From NCBI GenBank assembly GCA_013265495.1, contig MU061579.1, forward strand, positions 2,477,319 through 2,541,318: 64,000 nucleotides of DNA, in the 5' to 3' direction. This stretch comes from Vicugna vicugna (taxonomy: Eukaryota). Of the stretch, positions 38,621-53,139 are shown piece by piece. The notes beneath the pieces are model-generated. The model did not search any database. It was not told where the DNA came from and saw nothing but the letters and a program-made list of their open reading frames with translations. Positions within the stretch are counted from its first letter, which is position 1; each line of letters starts with the position of its first letter. The position numbers and the translations under genes are program-made.

Positions 38621-38775
38621 CTCACCCAATAAACTTTGCTTTCTGAAAGATGTGAAGGAGTGATCTTTCAAGGATTTTGTAGAGCATTATTCTAGGATCA
38701 AGAAAATGTATTAATAGTCACCCCTGTGATCAATGAGATAAGTCCTTCCTGGAGTGAAAAGATGATTTCCCCTGC

Positions 38776-39175
38776 TGTAGTGAAAGAAAAATGCTTCTCT
38801 TGCTCCCTCTTGGGACTTTGCAGATGTAATTAGATTAAAGATCTTGAGATGAGATTATGCAGGTGGATCCAATGTAATCGCAAGATCTTTGTAAGTAGAG
38901 GCAGGAGATTAAAGGTCAGAGAGAGGCTAAAGATGCTATGCTGCTGGTTTTTAAAATGAAGAAACCATGAACGAAGGAATGAAGGCAGTCTCTAGAAGCT
39001 GGAAAAGGCAAACAGACTCTCCTCTAGAGCCTTCAGAAAGAGCTTGGTCCTTTTTGATTTTAATCCAGTGAAACCCATTATGGACAGTTGACCTCTATAA
39101 TTATAATATATTTGTGTTGCCTTGAGACACTATGTCTGTGGTAATTTTTTACAGTAGTGATTGGAAACTAATTCA
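38776..39175 (+). mobile_element. MaLR LTR (MLT1C/D-like)
   Basis: ggactttgcagatgtaattagattaaagatcttgagatg...ctagaagctggaaaaggcaa...ggaaactaattca. Confidence 0.85.
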
Positions 39176-39589
39176 CCCATGTTTCAAAAGATGTAGCAAA
39201 ATTTAAGAGGTCATGACTATATCACTTTTATTTTGTCTCCTTCAACCAAAGCTTAACTAATATTGAAATGCCAGGCTCAAATATATTGCTTCCAAGAAGT
39301 CTTTTTAATTCCTCAGTTTTAAAGTATTCTCATCCTCTGCTCTCAAGATGAAGGGAAGATTTTGACTTACCGTTAACCATAGAATGTATTGTACTATTAC
39401 CTATATTGGTCTTTAAAACTATTATTTAACTTGTAACGTGTGTGTTCTCTTTTACTGTACTGAAAATATCAGTTGCTTGAGAAGAGATTAGGAATCTTGT
39501 GCTGTTGGCATTAGCTGCACCTCCATCATCACTGGACCTTGCTGGTGTTCACTCAGTAAATACTTGTTGATTGGATTGGTTGTAATTCC

Positions 39590-42500
39590 ACTTTTTCTTT
39601 GTTGCATTTCTCCACTGAGGTGTAATTTACATAAAATAAAATGCACAGGTTTTATGCATTCATTTGAATGAGTTTGTAAAATTTATACAGCAATGTAATC
39701 ACCCTGCAAAGTAAGATACAAAACATTTCTATCATCCTCCAACGTTTCCTTCTATTCCTCACAGCCAATTCCTATTCTCCAAGAAGCAATTACTTTTGAC
39801 TTCTTTCACTCAACAGAATGTGTATTACTAGTGGTATCTCTTGATGTGATTACAATGCAAACTGTTTATCTATTCTCTGGTACTGAGTTAGAGGAGATAT
39901 TTATTTAACTTTGTCAGACATTGATAACATTATGCTTCCAAGTCTGCCATTTTACACCTCTGCCAGTAAAGATGAAAATTCCTGGGGTCCTACATTCTTG
40001 CCAGTATTTGGTACCATCAGAGTTTTTAATCTAAGCTACTTCAATGAAAATGAAATAATGTTTCATCCTTGCTTTAATTTTTATTTTACTGATGATTAGC
40101 AACGTTGAGGATCTTTTCATGGTATCTATATATCATCTATTTCAGATGTCTGTTCATCTTTCGGCTATTAAAAAAATTTCTTTGAAATTTTATTGTTAAT
40201 GTGTAAGTTATTTTAAAATGCTGAATCTAATTCTTTTGTATTAAATTTCCCATTAGACTGTGGCTTATTCTTAACATTGACTTTTGATGAGCAGAAATTT
40301 TTAATTTTGATGAGGTCCAATGTATTAGTGTGTTCTTTTTTTACTTAGTACTTTTCATGTAAAGTCTAAGACATATTGAACTACTTAAGGTTCCAAAGAT
40401 ACTCTTCTATGCACTTTTCTCCTAGAGATTGGTGATTTTTGCTTTGATATTTAAGTCTCTGATTCATCTCAAATTAAATTTTGGGTATAGAGTGAAGTAT
40501 GGAACAATGGTCTTTTCTACATATGTACAGATGTTCATTTGTTTACTATCATTTGAAATATATATATATATATATTTTTTTTTTTCCTCCACTGAATTGC
40601 CTAAGAGCCTCTGTTGAAAATCAATTGACCATATATGCGTGGGGTCTGGGTCTAGGCTCTCTATCCTGTTCTGTTAATCTGTAAATTTATGCTTAAGATA
40701 ATACTATGCCACCTTGATTAATGTTAACTTTATAATTAGTCTTGAGATCAGGTTGTGTAAATATCTGTCATCTGCTCATTTTTTTCTAGACTGGTTTGAC
40801 TTTTCTGGATGCTGTAAATTTCTAAACAAATTTAAAATGAACTTGCTATTTTCTTTTAAAAAAGTCTGTTAGGATTCTGATTGTGATTGGGTTGATCTAC
40901 AGATCATTTTGAAGGAATGGATAGTATTGTTTTTCAATCCAAGAAGATGATGTAACTTTCCATTTTCTTAGATTTTCATTCATTATTTGAACAATGATTT
41001 ATAATTTTCAAAGTGGAGCTTTTTACCCATTGTATTGTTTATCTCTAAATATTTCACAATTTTATACAGTTATAGTTATCTTTTAAAATTTATTTTTCCT
41101 AAAGCTGCATAGAAATACAAAATTAATTTTTGTATATTGATCATGTATCCTACAACTTTGGTAAATTCTGTTACTTTTCTAGTGGGGTTTATTTTGTTGT
41201 TGTCATCATTATATCTTTTGGCTTTCTTAGGAGCCCAATCTTTTGACTATAAATAAGGAAGCTTTTACTTCTTCCTTTCCAGTCTGGATGCCTTGTCTTA
41301 AAGCAGTGGTTAATGCATCATTTCTGGTACAATGATGAATACAGTTATCGAAACTGCATATCATTGTCCTGTTTTCATTTTTTGGGGAAAGCAATTTATG
41401 CTTCCTTTTTTTTTTAACATCTTTTATTAATTTATAATCATTTTACAATGATGTGTCAAATTCCAGTATAGAACACAATTTTTCAGTTATACATGAACAT
41501 TGTTTCCTTTTTAAGAATGTTTGCTGTAGATTTGTTCAGAAACTTTTAATATGATAGAAGAAGTTTTCATCCATTCCTATTTTACTGAGGTGTTTTATTA
41601 TGATTATGTGTTGAATCTTGTCAACTGCTTTTTCTGCATATATTGAAATGATCATACTTTTTTTTTCTCCTTTGTTCAGTTAACTTGGTGAAATATAGTC
41701 ATTGGTTTTTGTATGTTAAACCAATCTTGTATTCCTGAAATAAGCCATACTTGTTTGTAATACATTATCCTTTTTATAAATTGCTGGATTTGACTTACTA
41801 ATTTTCCGTAAGACTTAGTTATATAAGTTATTGAGGAATAGTGTCTTGGAACTTTTTAATAATGTCTTTGGTTTTTATACCAGGGTCATGCTGGCCTCAC
41901 AGAATGAGTTTGGAAATGCTCCCTCATCATTTATTTTCTGAAGGAATTTTTATAACATTGGCATTATTTCCTTCTAAAATATTTAATTGGACTTAGTAAA
42001 ACCTTCTGGGCCTGGAGATTACTTTGCACTGACGATTTTTGTTTATTTGTTATGACTGTTTTTATATATGTTTTTACAAACTCAAAAATTAAAAATAACT
42101 ATATGAATGTTCAGATTTTCTACTCTTTTTTACATAATTCTGGTAAATTGCATTTTTTAAAAGGTGTTTTTGTCCACTTCATGTAAGTTGCCCAATGTGT
42201 AGGCATACAATTTCTTGTTATCATTTTAGTTTCTTTATTATCTCTCATCATGGCCCCTCTTTAATTCTTGATGTTGTTAATTTGTTTTTTTCTTGATCAA
42301 TCTTGCAAAATTTATCAATTTTTAAAATACCAACTTTTGATTTTGTTGATTTAGTCTATTGTTCTGTTTGTTTTATTGATTTCTAGTCTTTTATTTGTTA
42401 ATTTATTTTTTCTAATTAATTTTTCACATACAATTGCTATTCTTTTTTTTAATCTTCTATGGTAGAAACTTAGGTCATTGATTTTACATCTTTATTCTTT

Positions 42501-43780
42501 GCTGAAAAGGGCTCAGAAAAGCTCTACATTTCTTTAAAAACTGCTTTAGGTGTATCTTACAAATTTTATGTATTATTTTCATTATTATTATTATTATGGT
42601 TGAAATATTTTCTATTTTGCTTTATGTTTTTTGTAGAAATTATTTAGAAATGCATTACTTAATTTGAAGATATTCATGAATTATCTACACATCTGATTAT
42701 CATTGATTTCTCATTTTACATTATTTTAGGCAGAGAATATGCTTTGTATATTTTGGTCCTTTGAAATTTACTGAGTTTTACTTTTTGGCTCAAAATATGG
42801 TTGATCTTGTTGAGTGTTCAATACGCACTTGAACAAAAACTGTGAATTTCATTCTTGTTGGGTATAGTAATCTTTACGTGCCAAATAAATTGGTTGACAA
42901 TCCTACTCAAATCCTCCATGCCATACGAATTTTTTTCAGCTTAAAAAAAAATCAATTCCCATGAAGTATGTTATATACCCAACTAGGATTGTGGTTTTAT
43001 CTTTTTCTATCTTTAGTTCTGTCATTTTTTCCCTACACTTTAATATTATTTGTATAATAATTTTTATAATAGTATATATACATATGTAGCCACACATACA
43101 CACACGTGTATATTAACACACATATATTTACAAATGCATACATACACATACATTTATACAAATAAACATAATTTTAAAGATCTGCTTTATTTTGTGCACA
43201 TGAATACCCTTGTTGGTGTTTTTATTTCTTTCTTAATGTCCAGACTTCCATTTTCTGGCATTTTCCTTCAGCATGAAGAACTAATTTTGTCATATCGTGC
43301 AGTAAATTTCTGCTAGAAGCATATACTTTCAGCTCTGTCTGTCTGAAAAAGTCCTTATTTTATTTTCATGTTTGAAGGATATTTTCACTGGAGATAGAAT
43401 TCTTGTTTCACTTCTTTTTTTCTTTAAATTCTTTAAAACTCTGTTTCATTGCCCTCTGATCTTAACTGTTTCTGATCAGATGTCTGCCTTAACTCATTAT
43501 TGTTCTGTGTGTTATGTGCCTTTTTGTCTTTGCCTGGTGATGAAATTTTCTATTTATGTTCACTTCATAGCCCTTTAACTGTGAAGGGCTTAGGTATAGT
43601 TTTTGTTGTAGGTATTCTGTGTGAGGTTCACTGACCATCTTGGATATAGCATGCATAGGTTAAAATATTTTTATTATATTTAGAAAAAAATCTTAGCCAT
43701 TATCTTTTCAAGTATTCCCTCCACCCTATTCCTGTTCTTAACTTCTTCTGGGAGCTCTATTTCACTGTCTATACCCGTAT
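39590..43780 (-). mobile_element. Long decayed old L1 (L1M/L1ME-type), interrupted by young L1 tails and microsatellites
   Basis: T-rich reverse-L1 motifs throughout, e.g. ctgttgaaaatcaattgaccatatatg, tgctggcctcacagaatgagtttgg, ttgaaggatattttcactggagatagaattct. Confidence 0.8.
41406..41500 (-). mobile_element. Young L1 tail (about 95 bp) inside the old L1
   Basis: ttttttaacatcttttattaatttataatcattttacaatgatgtgtcaaa; near-TSD tgcttcctttt / tgtttcctttt. Confidence 0.88.
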
Positions 43781-43784
43781 TTCT

Positions 43785-44162
43785 TTTTTTTTTTTTTTGT
43801 AGGTTTTTTTTTAACATTTTTTATTGATTTATAATCATTTTACAATGTTGTGTCAAATTCCAGTGTTCAGCACAATTTTTCAGTCATTCATGGACATATA
43901 CACACTCATTGTCACATTTTTTTCTCTGTGATTTATCGTAACATTTTGTGTATATTTCCCTGTGCTATACAGTGTAATCTTGTTTATCTATTCTACAATT
44001 TTGAAATCCCAGTCTATCCCTTCCCACCCTCTACCCCCCTGGTAACCACAAGTCTGTATTCTCTGTCCATGAGTCTTTAGATTCCACGTATGAGTGATCT
44101 CATATGGTATTTTTCTTTCTCTTTCTGGCTTACTTCACTTAGAATGACATTCTCTGGGAGCA
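43785..44162 (-). mobile_element. Young 5'-truncated L1 3' end
   Basis: Same tail as 12903-12948; short TSD atttct (43779-43784, 44163-44168). Confidence 0.92.
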
Positions 44163-45372
44163 ATTTCTATACATATCTTTAGCTAGGCCCATGTCTACAA
44201 TAATCTAGCAATACATACTTTCTCCATTTATTCTTCCTTCCCACTAGGAAAATGTATACTTATATTTGTAATTTTGAGGTTTCAGAAATGCTTCTTGAGG
44301 TTAAGCAATTCCAAGAATAGGATAAATCATAACTTCAGTAGCTAAAAGTGAACCCAACAAGAGAAAAAAGTACAAAAATAACAGCAAATAATAAATTGGG
44401 GATGCTGAGTGAGTTTGATGATTTCTCATCTTTATGTCTAACATCCTTGAGATGGCTAAGAGAAACAGAAGATATGAGGTTGGCAGATTTCTAAATATAA
44501 AGACATGTTAAAAAAAATGTAAAGAATGAAACTTTAATTGCGAATGTATTATAGTGTGTTATGTTTTCACTTTTTTGATGAACTTTTTTATATTTATTAC
44601 CTTTTTAATATGTTCATTTCCACTGAGGACTTTTTAATTTATATTAATCAAAATACCTCAAAGTAAAAGATAATATACATGGAATTTAGTGTGTCTACAT
44701 ATTACACAAATTTTAAAATGCCTACCTGAGGTGGTTAAGTGTTCCTTCATTTCAGTCAAGCACAAAATAGTCTGTTAGTCAATAAAAGAGTATCTTTAAA
44801 TAGAATGACAAAAAGCCCTCAAATGACTGAGTTTGATGTTATTTATCCTCCATTATTGAATTAACTCAGGCACAGATTTTAAATAAAAACAAATACGTCA
44901 TGTGGGTTACTTGAAATCATTACACTAAGTAGAGTGCTCTCTGTTTTAATAAGGCTAAGATATAGAATCTTGGCACGAACTAAAATTCCATAACTAGCAA
45001 CATTCTTATATTTATAAAATAGTTATATGAATATTATGCGAACATAATAGTCAACTGATAATTGAGTATTAAGGGCAGATACTAACAACTGTACCATAAA
45101 TTCTATTTAAAAATTTTACATTGGGTCTTGAAGGGGTAACAACAGAACAGGTTTCAAGGATCTATAGGCCGATTTAAAATGGAAATAATTGTAAGTATTG
45201 CATACAATCATTCAGTGTGATATACTGATTTGTCTACTCAGACACCTAGACTTTAAAACTCCTTCTCTGTCCTCAAGTATATATTTACCAGAAAAGTAAC
45301 ATCTTCTTTCTTTTTCATTAAGTAGTGACTACTCCTCTCCACTTCTCTCTTTATTTTCTTATTTGAGACACT

Positions 45373-46003
45373 ATTTAACTGAACTGGGGGTGAATAAAAG
45401 ACCCAATTTGAGTAAGTTTTATTCACAAGGAAACTGGACTGGGGCTGAGAGCTATCTGACATGTAAAGATGGAGGAGCCTGCGTATAGGGAGAAGGAGGA
45501 AAATGAGGGAGAAACAAGGATGGACAAAACTGAGAGAGTTCTGATGACATCTGACTCTTAAAGTCACTTCCTATGACCCAGCGTTGTCCTGAGCCTACCT
45601 GTAACATCTTCTTGTATTTTGAAGACACTTTCCACATGTTTAAGTTGGCATGAATGGGTGCTGAGATAAACTGATGCCCATTCAAATTTTCAGTTTACTC
45701 GTATATGCATCAATTTCAACAGGGCAGTGCCAAAGCAAAGTGGTTAGGAATGACTCCCCTGACAGGGGAAGACAGGGGAAATGTTTATACAGAGACTGTG
45801 CAGAAGCAAAGCCAAAAAAAAAAAAAAATTGATTGGTTAAAGCTTCAGTGGTTGCCATATTTGGGAAAGCCTAGTTGGTTGTTCTCAAGTTTCACTTTCT
45901 CAAATTCAAGTGCGTTTATTCTGGCTTAGGTTTTGGTTTTGCTTACTACCAAGGAACTGCAGCCACCTCAGTCTAATGGCCTCCTTGTTTAGTTACTTTA
46001 ACA
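45373..46003 (-). mobile_element. ERV LTR fragment(s)
   Basis: taagttttattcacaagg (reverse AATAAA); ttgattggtta; cagtctaatggcctccttgtttagttactttaaca end. Confidence 0.5.
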
Positions 46004-46189
46004 TGGGTTTCTGTCATTTGCAACCAAGAGTCCTGAATAATGCAATCACCTGCAGCAAACGAGACCAATGACATCTCCTCTCGTTGTAAATGATTTCCAG
46101 TAACACACGTGCATCGGTTTCATCTTTACCACAAAGCTCCAGAAGTCCTTATACAAAATATCTGGTTTTCTTGATATTACCTACTTCAT

Positions 46190-46645
46190 TGTGTTTTCTT
46201 TTTTTCTTTTCTTTTTTATTGCCTGAATGTGTGCACAAGTACAAAAAGGCACTGAGAATAACATAACAATACATATCGTATCTCCTTTAGAACAATCCCT
46301 GCCCATGTTTCCAGAGACGAATACTGTCAGCAGGTCAGTGTATACAGTTCTAGTCTGTGTTTATCCTTCTACCTACATGTATGTTTATAAGAATTTTAGT
46401 TCGGAGAGTGAAATTAAAAAAATACGGATAATAATGTGACTCAGTTTTTCACTTTTTATTTTGTTCTTGAAGTCTCTTCCTCATTTTCTGTGTGTGTGTA
46501 CGTGTGTGCATCTCCATATATATCTCTCATTGTATACATTATTGTTAATTGTTCCATTAGTATTCTACATTCTAGTCATCTATTTCTCTAATGATGGGCA
46601 TTGAGTTATTTCCAACTTAGTTACTACAAACAATGCTGTGATTGA
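46190..46645 (-). mobile_element. Very old L1 (L1ME-like) fragment
   Basis: atgatgggcattgagttatttccaacttagttactacaaacaatgctgtgat. Confidence 0.6.
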
Positions 46646-49479
46646 TCACCCTCCCTAAGTTCAGCCATCTGCTCTGATTTCTACCACCAGATGATTGTCA
46701 TCATGGTTCTGGATTCACATTCTAATTGCTTGGCTGGCCATTCTCCCATTATTCTTACCTGGACCTCTCCTCATGTGCCCCTCTCACCCTGGTAAATGCT
46801 CTTAGCACTCAATTCCTGAAGAAAGGACTTTGGGAGATGAGCTAATTCAGGATCCTGAAACTGAAGCCTATCTGGATCTTTCTCTGATCAAGTAGTTTGG
46901 ACAAGATCATGAATTAAATAAAAGCATTATTACCTCTTATGGTTTCTAGTTTTTCCTGCTCAACCGGTGGCTATCAATACAGAATTTGGAGTTTGTGTGC
47001 CGCATTTAAAATGGCTTGGCTATTAATTGCTGCTCTCATCAGTATTTCTCACGAATCAGGTTTAGAAATGATAGATATTATTTTTGTTTTCCCTAATACT
47101 TGTTTTTGATATTGTAGGTAAATTCAACTCAAGAGGAAGAAAGCAGCTGGGAATTGTTTGAACAACAATAGGTTCTCTAGTTCTTTAATAAAATATTGTG
47201 ACTTTGTTGACGATTATCTACGGTCAATTCGCTCTGAAAAAAAAGAATCAATATGGACTGGAATCACCAGGACCCTACTTACGATGGTGTCTGCATTATT
47301 ACAGTCTTGTTATATTTCACCATTGAGTTTATGCCTGCAGTTTCTCCGTTGGAGTCTCACCCACGGTGGTTTAAGATTGCATATTTAAAAACACGTGCCT
47401 GGGCCCTGAAACATTTAAATGTGATAAAAATCAATTTTACCTACGTGATTCCCAGCTGAATGCCACTTCTGATGTACATCAGCTTCAAAAGAAATTAAAA
47501 GATAAGTAACATGATTACAGTCAGATTAGCTTGTCTAGGCAGACAAACGAGATTGCAGAGTTGTCTGAGTGAAGACACTCACTTCCTAGTGAGACCAGTT
47601 TACATCACATTAAACAAAAATGAGTTTCCAATAGGAGTGCTGTGCAACAAAATGGGTAAGTGGGAAACTGCACCCTTGTGACCGAATACAAGTCAGGGAA
47701 ATTCTCTGTTATTTTGTGACGATTCGAGAATTTACTGCCTGTCAGAAATCTTTATAGAAAAAAGTGGAGTTATTCTCTGAGATTTGCTGCTTAAGCTGAG
47801 AGAAATATTTCTTTGATTAGTAGAACTCAGGAAAGTCAAGAGGGGAACACTGATTAGGGAAAAATCTTGAATCTCAAGTTATTATTCTACATTGTAAAAT
47901 AGGAAAATTAATAATATTCAGAGGGTCACTCATGACAAGGGTCACGTCTAACTAGAAAAGAGGTGCATACATGAATGATTACTAACTAGATGGTGGACAA
48001 GAATGGGGTGGGCTCAGCTTCAATTATCACGATAACTTCAGTGGGGACAAAAGCTCTTGACCCTATGTAATCTTAAAATACCTTTTATTGTGTTGGACCA
48101 AGGGAGAAAGAAAAAAGAAAAAAAGAAAAAAAAAGCAAGTAAAGATGTATAGGACAGGTAGAAAATAACTTGGCAATGCTTATCCAAGCAAATGTGATAA
48201 CACCATCGTAAGCCATTTTCTTTTTAGTCTGTAATTACTTTGGTTATAAAGAAAAACTATTCAGGAAATTGAAATTATTTAAGTGCCTTCATGATTGGAC
48301 AATAGTATAGGTGCCTTGATGATTGGACGACTCCACGAATAAGAATGCTTTAGGGGCAAATTTTAAAAATAAAAAAATATTGAAAATAAGTGAAGCCCAC
48401 GACAAAGCTATTGCAGTTAGAGTAAGGGACATAACAGGAAGGAAGGGAGTCTTGTGAAAGTGAGCCTGAAACAAGAGAGTTATTTTTACACCACAACGAA
48501 ATAGCCAATTCTCCTCATATTTTGATCATAAATGTCCATTTCCCCAAACACCAGTTCTGTCTTTTTAAAAAATATCTTACAATTGCAGAGTTCCTGTACG
48601 TCAAGATCTTTTTTCAAATTGCAGAGAAACTGAGGGGAACATATCTCAGAACGAGTAGGGTATTTAGAATAATTTGCTGACAAAAATATTATAGAGCATC
48701 TATTCAGAATTTATCATTTTCCCTAATGTTTGCATTGTTTACAAAAGGAAAGAAAACTATCAGGTGAAGCATATGTCACTGCCTTCAACTGACCTCAAGG
48801 AAAGTGCAATTATATCTTTTCTTCACAAAATGTGTAAAAGGAAAAGCAAATGCAGGGAAATGATTGTCAGGGAGGAATCGTGGGAAATATTTCACGTAGA
48901 TATTTTTCTTCTTCTAAATATAAACCAAATACCTTGTAGCCTTAATTTCAGTAAAGCTCAGTTGTATATATAACCTGAATATCACAGATTACACATGCCA
49001 GCATATTAAGAAACTCTTCGATCTCTGATTTAGATCTATTTTTAAATTAAGCAGAAATACATCACCAGAGAAATGTGAAGCACTCAGCTGAGTGCTCATT
49101 AGGAAAAAGCAGACATAAAGCTTTTACAAAGCACGGCAATCCTCATGAATATGTTTTGACAAATATTGCTATCAATCATTGGTTACTCCTTTTGTGGTCT
49201 GGATATTTAATTGCTAGTAGTTCTTTCCAGAAGTCAATTGTTGGCTCACTTTTCAGTAAATGACTTTAAATGAAAGTCTTTCTAGAGCAAATTAACTTAA
49301 TTTCTATGCAGTGATGTGTTTTATGAGCAGTTTGGAAGTGAAACAACCATCTTGGAAAGTATCAGCCTTGAAGCAATAGCCAAAGGGAAAAAAAATTATT
49401 TCAGCTTTCATGGATCTTTGAATATAAATGTACATTTTTTTCTGGCCCTCTAACTTTATTTCTCCTCTTGGTTTTTCCT

Positions 49480-49625
49480 CTATGCTACAATTTTCTCATC
49501 TAAAAAATAGGCTTAATAATATTTTCTCATGTGGTTGTTGTGATGATTAAATGAGTTAATCTATACACAAAGCCTCATGTATTGCCTAATCCGTAGTAAG
49601 TGCCCAAATAATGTCCATTGCCATT
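49480..49625 (+). mobile_element. MIR SINE fragment
   Basis: ttttctcatctaaaaaataggcttaataat...ggttgttgtgatgattaaatgagttaat. Confidence 0.8.
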
Positions 49626-49703
49626 ATTCATCTTATCCAGCACAAACCGGACTTATTCCCCATAATGTAATGTCAACTCGTTACACTATGTCAAATGTGT
49701 GTA

Positions 49704-50114
49704 TAATAGGAAAACAAGTTAATCACTAAAGGAATGTTGCCTATAAGCTTAAGTTATACATAATGGCCCATCTCTGGGAACCCTGCCTCCCAGGGAATGA
49801 GCATTAAGCTAAAATGCCTTTGCTTAACTCACAAGAAACATCCTGACCAGACCCACCGGTGAATGGCGGCAGGAAGGATGAAATTATCACACCCCATCTG
49901 GAGTTTGGCTGGAACCAGGACTCATCCCCTCCCCTTTTAGTATAAAAGAAGCCTGAATTCTAACCATGGGAAGATGGTTCTTTAGTACACTAGCCCACTA
50001 TCTTCTAGGTCTGCTGGCCTTCTGAATAAAGTCGCTATTCCTCACCCTGGTAACTCATCTCACAATTTATTGGCCTGCCGTGTGGCAAGCAGTATAAGCT
50101 TGGACTTGGTAGCA
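49704..50114 (+). mobile_element. ERV1-class solo LTR
   Basis: TATA box (tagtataaaaga) near 49940; AATAAA near 50025; ends ggacttggtagca; TSD tgta (49700-49703, 50115-50118) if the 5' TG decayed to TA. Confidence 0.8.
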
Positions 50115-51419
50115 TGTATCGTGGCACTGTCACAGGATTACTTGTGATAACTAATGGTTATCTTTTTTCCAGTGTGTGTCAAATAGTGCTCATTTAGCAC
50201 AATTTATACACCAAGGCAAGCATATCTGAGACGCCCTTGTGATTTAAAGTCTTTTTGAATTATAGGTAGTCCACCATACTTAAGGAGCTAAGTGAAGCTA
50301 TTTGGTCAATAATTTCCACAGGGCTTTGCTTTCCACTCCATACCCTCCCCCTAAATAGTCTCTCCTTCTCTTTCTCTCAATCTCCCTCTCACTTTCTATT
50401 TTAACTTTCACTTAAGATTGCATTTCATTCTTTATATTGTATTTGACTCCATTGGTTGAAACATTTTATGTTTCTAAACCACTATTTTGAGCCATACATT
50501 CAGCCAGGAATTAGACATTCTTGGTTAAGATAACTCTGCCACATTTTAGCCTAACCAATCCCACCTCCCGTTCAGGCTTCCATGCTATTTTCCCAGGATA
50601 GAACTTTTGTCACTCTGGTTTCCTCTGTCTTTTGAAATACAAAGTTCAGTGAATGCTTTGCTTGATCGATTGGTTTCTTCTTCATTTCATGTTTTATGTG
50701 TGGTGCTGTCTGGTTCAGGACCATGACTTCGGCTGGAGATAACCATGATCTTAGATTTCGGTCACTCGCCATTCCAAACTGTAAAGAATTGTTCCTGCAA
50801 AGCAGATCCAGAGCTATTTATTAATACCCTTCCTGTAATGTACCTTGGGCAATTTTAAACTTAGTTTTTCTCCTTGGTTATGTGCCTTCTGCATCCACAC
50901 TTAAAACCAAAACATTTTTGTTTATCTGAATACCTGAGTCTTTAGTCAATTCTCACATGTTTAACTTGCTTAAATCAACAGGAAGCTTTTCGATAAAAGG
51001 TGAGTTGCTATTTCTCTGTGATTCGTTGTTTATAGGAACGCATGACTGTGTGAGTGCTAAGTTTTTGTATTTGTTTGAGTTCACTTGTGTTTTGAATTAT
51101 CACCTTGACTCATGCATAACACTGTTAGAAATTTTATTTTCCCTAGTAAACATCTTGGTTTAAGTTATGTTACTCATTCCCAATTCCTAGAAAAAAAAAA
51201 TCTTGTTTTAAGAGATTATTTTCCTTGAATGTACAAAGCAATGTAAAGTTCTCATCTTTTAAAAAATGTTTGGAATGATCATGAAACTTATTTCCCTCTG
51301 TCTGCCAGGTTATTATACCCTGGAGACATAATTAAGGAGACTCAGGGTCCTGCTGGTAAAGGAACTGTTAGTGCTTAGCTCACTAATAAGGGCTTTTCCA
51401 GAGAGTTTTGAGGAGAAAA

Positions 51420-51900
51420 AATTCTCTGATTCTTAGTATAAAGAAGTCCTTGAAACATCCTAAATTTTTTTCTTTAAGAGGATGGCTAAATACACTCACT
51501 GTAGTATTCCTTATTGTGGAATACTGTGCAGCATTGAAAAAGAATAAGGTACATCAGGTTGTAGAAGCAAAAAGCATTTCTAAGAAATAGTGTGTAAAAA
51601 TAAGAAGTTGCAGAAAAATATGTAACAGTGATATAATTCATATTATATAAACATTATATATAAACTATCTAGCTATCTATCTATCTATCTATCACAAACC
51701 AAAATAGTAAGGCTCCATCTGTGGATGCATGGGATTATGTGTGTAAATGTAGAACTATATGTGGGGCAGGGCCAGTAGGAGATGTATTGGATTGCCATTA
51801 GAAGACAAAGGAGAACGGATTTATTTCTAATACTTGAATTTTTAAAGAACAATGTATTTATATGTTACTTTAGTATCTGAAAATTGACTTAAAAAAGCAT
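51420..51900 (+). mobile_element. Very old L1 3' fragment with (TATC)n
   Basis: gtggaatactgtgcagcattgaaaaagaataaggta; aagaagttgcagaaaaatatgta. Confidence 0.55.
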
Positions 51901-52837
51901 TTGTATAACAGGCACTATACTTTCAATTTTCTCCCACTCCCTTCCTGTCATATCTTCAAAGAGAGGTTAGTAAGCATTTTATTTGAACAGGACATTCAAC
52001 TTGTAAGTTTAACTTAAAATGAACACTAAAATTTTAAGATTCTATAAGATGAAGAGTCCATAAGAACCAAAAGTTTTGTATGATCAGTTATTTAGTTGAA
52101 ATCGTTCTTTTTTTTATCATCATCATCAACACTATCCATTTTTGCAAAGTGATGATCATAAATGCAAATGTATATATGCATATCCAAACGTATGTTTGTG
52201 TGTGTGTGTGTGTGTATAAGATAAAGAGCCTGGAAACGCAAATAATACATAAAAGTTGATCATTTGTGTTGTTTTGGGATGTTAGGACAGATACATTTAA
52301 ACATTAACTGACAATAAAAAGGAGCATATCCTAGAGGCAGAATGAGTAGTAAACACAAGCATTAAGTGCATTCTGAACCGTATGAGACAGATATGATTGA
52401 AAGATGGTACCGTGGGTGATATCTCAAACAACAAAATTTCCTAAGTGAAAGAATGTAAATGTGCTCTCAGTAGATAGTATGAAACGAATAAAGGGTTGAT
52501 ACGACAGCGTATGGTATGTTCAGAGAATGTTAAATAGACATTCTGATATAATATTTTTGTATAAGATCAATGAATATGCTGCCTTTTAGGAAAAAACTAT
52601 TTCAAATTCAAGTGTCTTATAAGCTTCAATAATATGTATCTCTTGGCCTTAGTTTCTTCCCTCTAAAATGTGAAGATTTCGACAAAAGGGCACTATGGTT
52701 GCTTTGAGGTATGCACTTTCAGATAGAGGTTTTGTTTCTAGATTCTCGAGTCTTGAACTGAGCATATCAGAGAGTAATCAAAGCCCAGTCTAGTCTAAGC
52801 TTGATGCAAAATACAAAATAATGGGGAGAAAAATGGG

Positions 52838-53060
52838 CCAGGAATCGGGAGATCTGGATTATGGTTCCAGCTTGGTCACTCAGCAGTTGTGAAAATGGAG
52901 ATAGGGCCCTTAAAAATTTTGGACTTCGGTTTCTTCCTTTATAATGTTGGGATAATAATTCTCAGTCATACTGCAAGGCTGTAGTGTCAATCAACAACTT
53001 CCTGTATGCAAGTGCTTGGTAAATTTTAAAATGTTCTTAAGTGTAAAGCGTTATTATTAA
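52838..53060 (+). mobile_element. MIR SINE
   Basis: ggaatcgggagatctggattatggttccagc...ggacttcggtttcttcctttataatgttgggataataa. Confidence 0.75.
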
Positions 53061-53139
53061 ATCCAAACATTGGTGATAAAAATGTAAAGCACTCTAGGCA
53101 CACTGTCCTCTTATTATCCCTTGACAATGATAAGCAAGA

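Noticed and set aside
47158..47485. CpG-containing ORF and minus-strand exon candidates
   Set aside because: The best minus-strand exon (47283-47406) has stops in all three frames, the neighbouring candidate would need an intron of under 40 nt, and the plus-strand ORF is unrecognisable.
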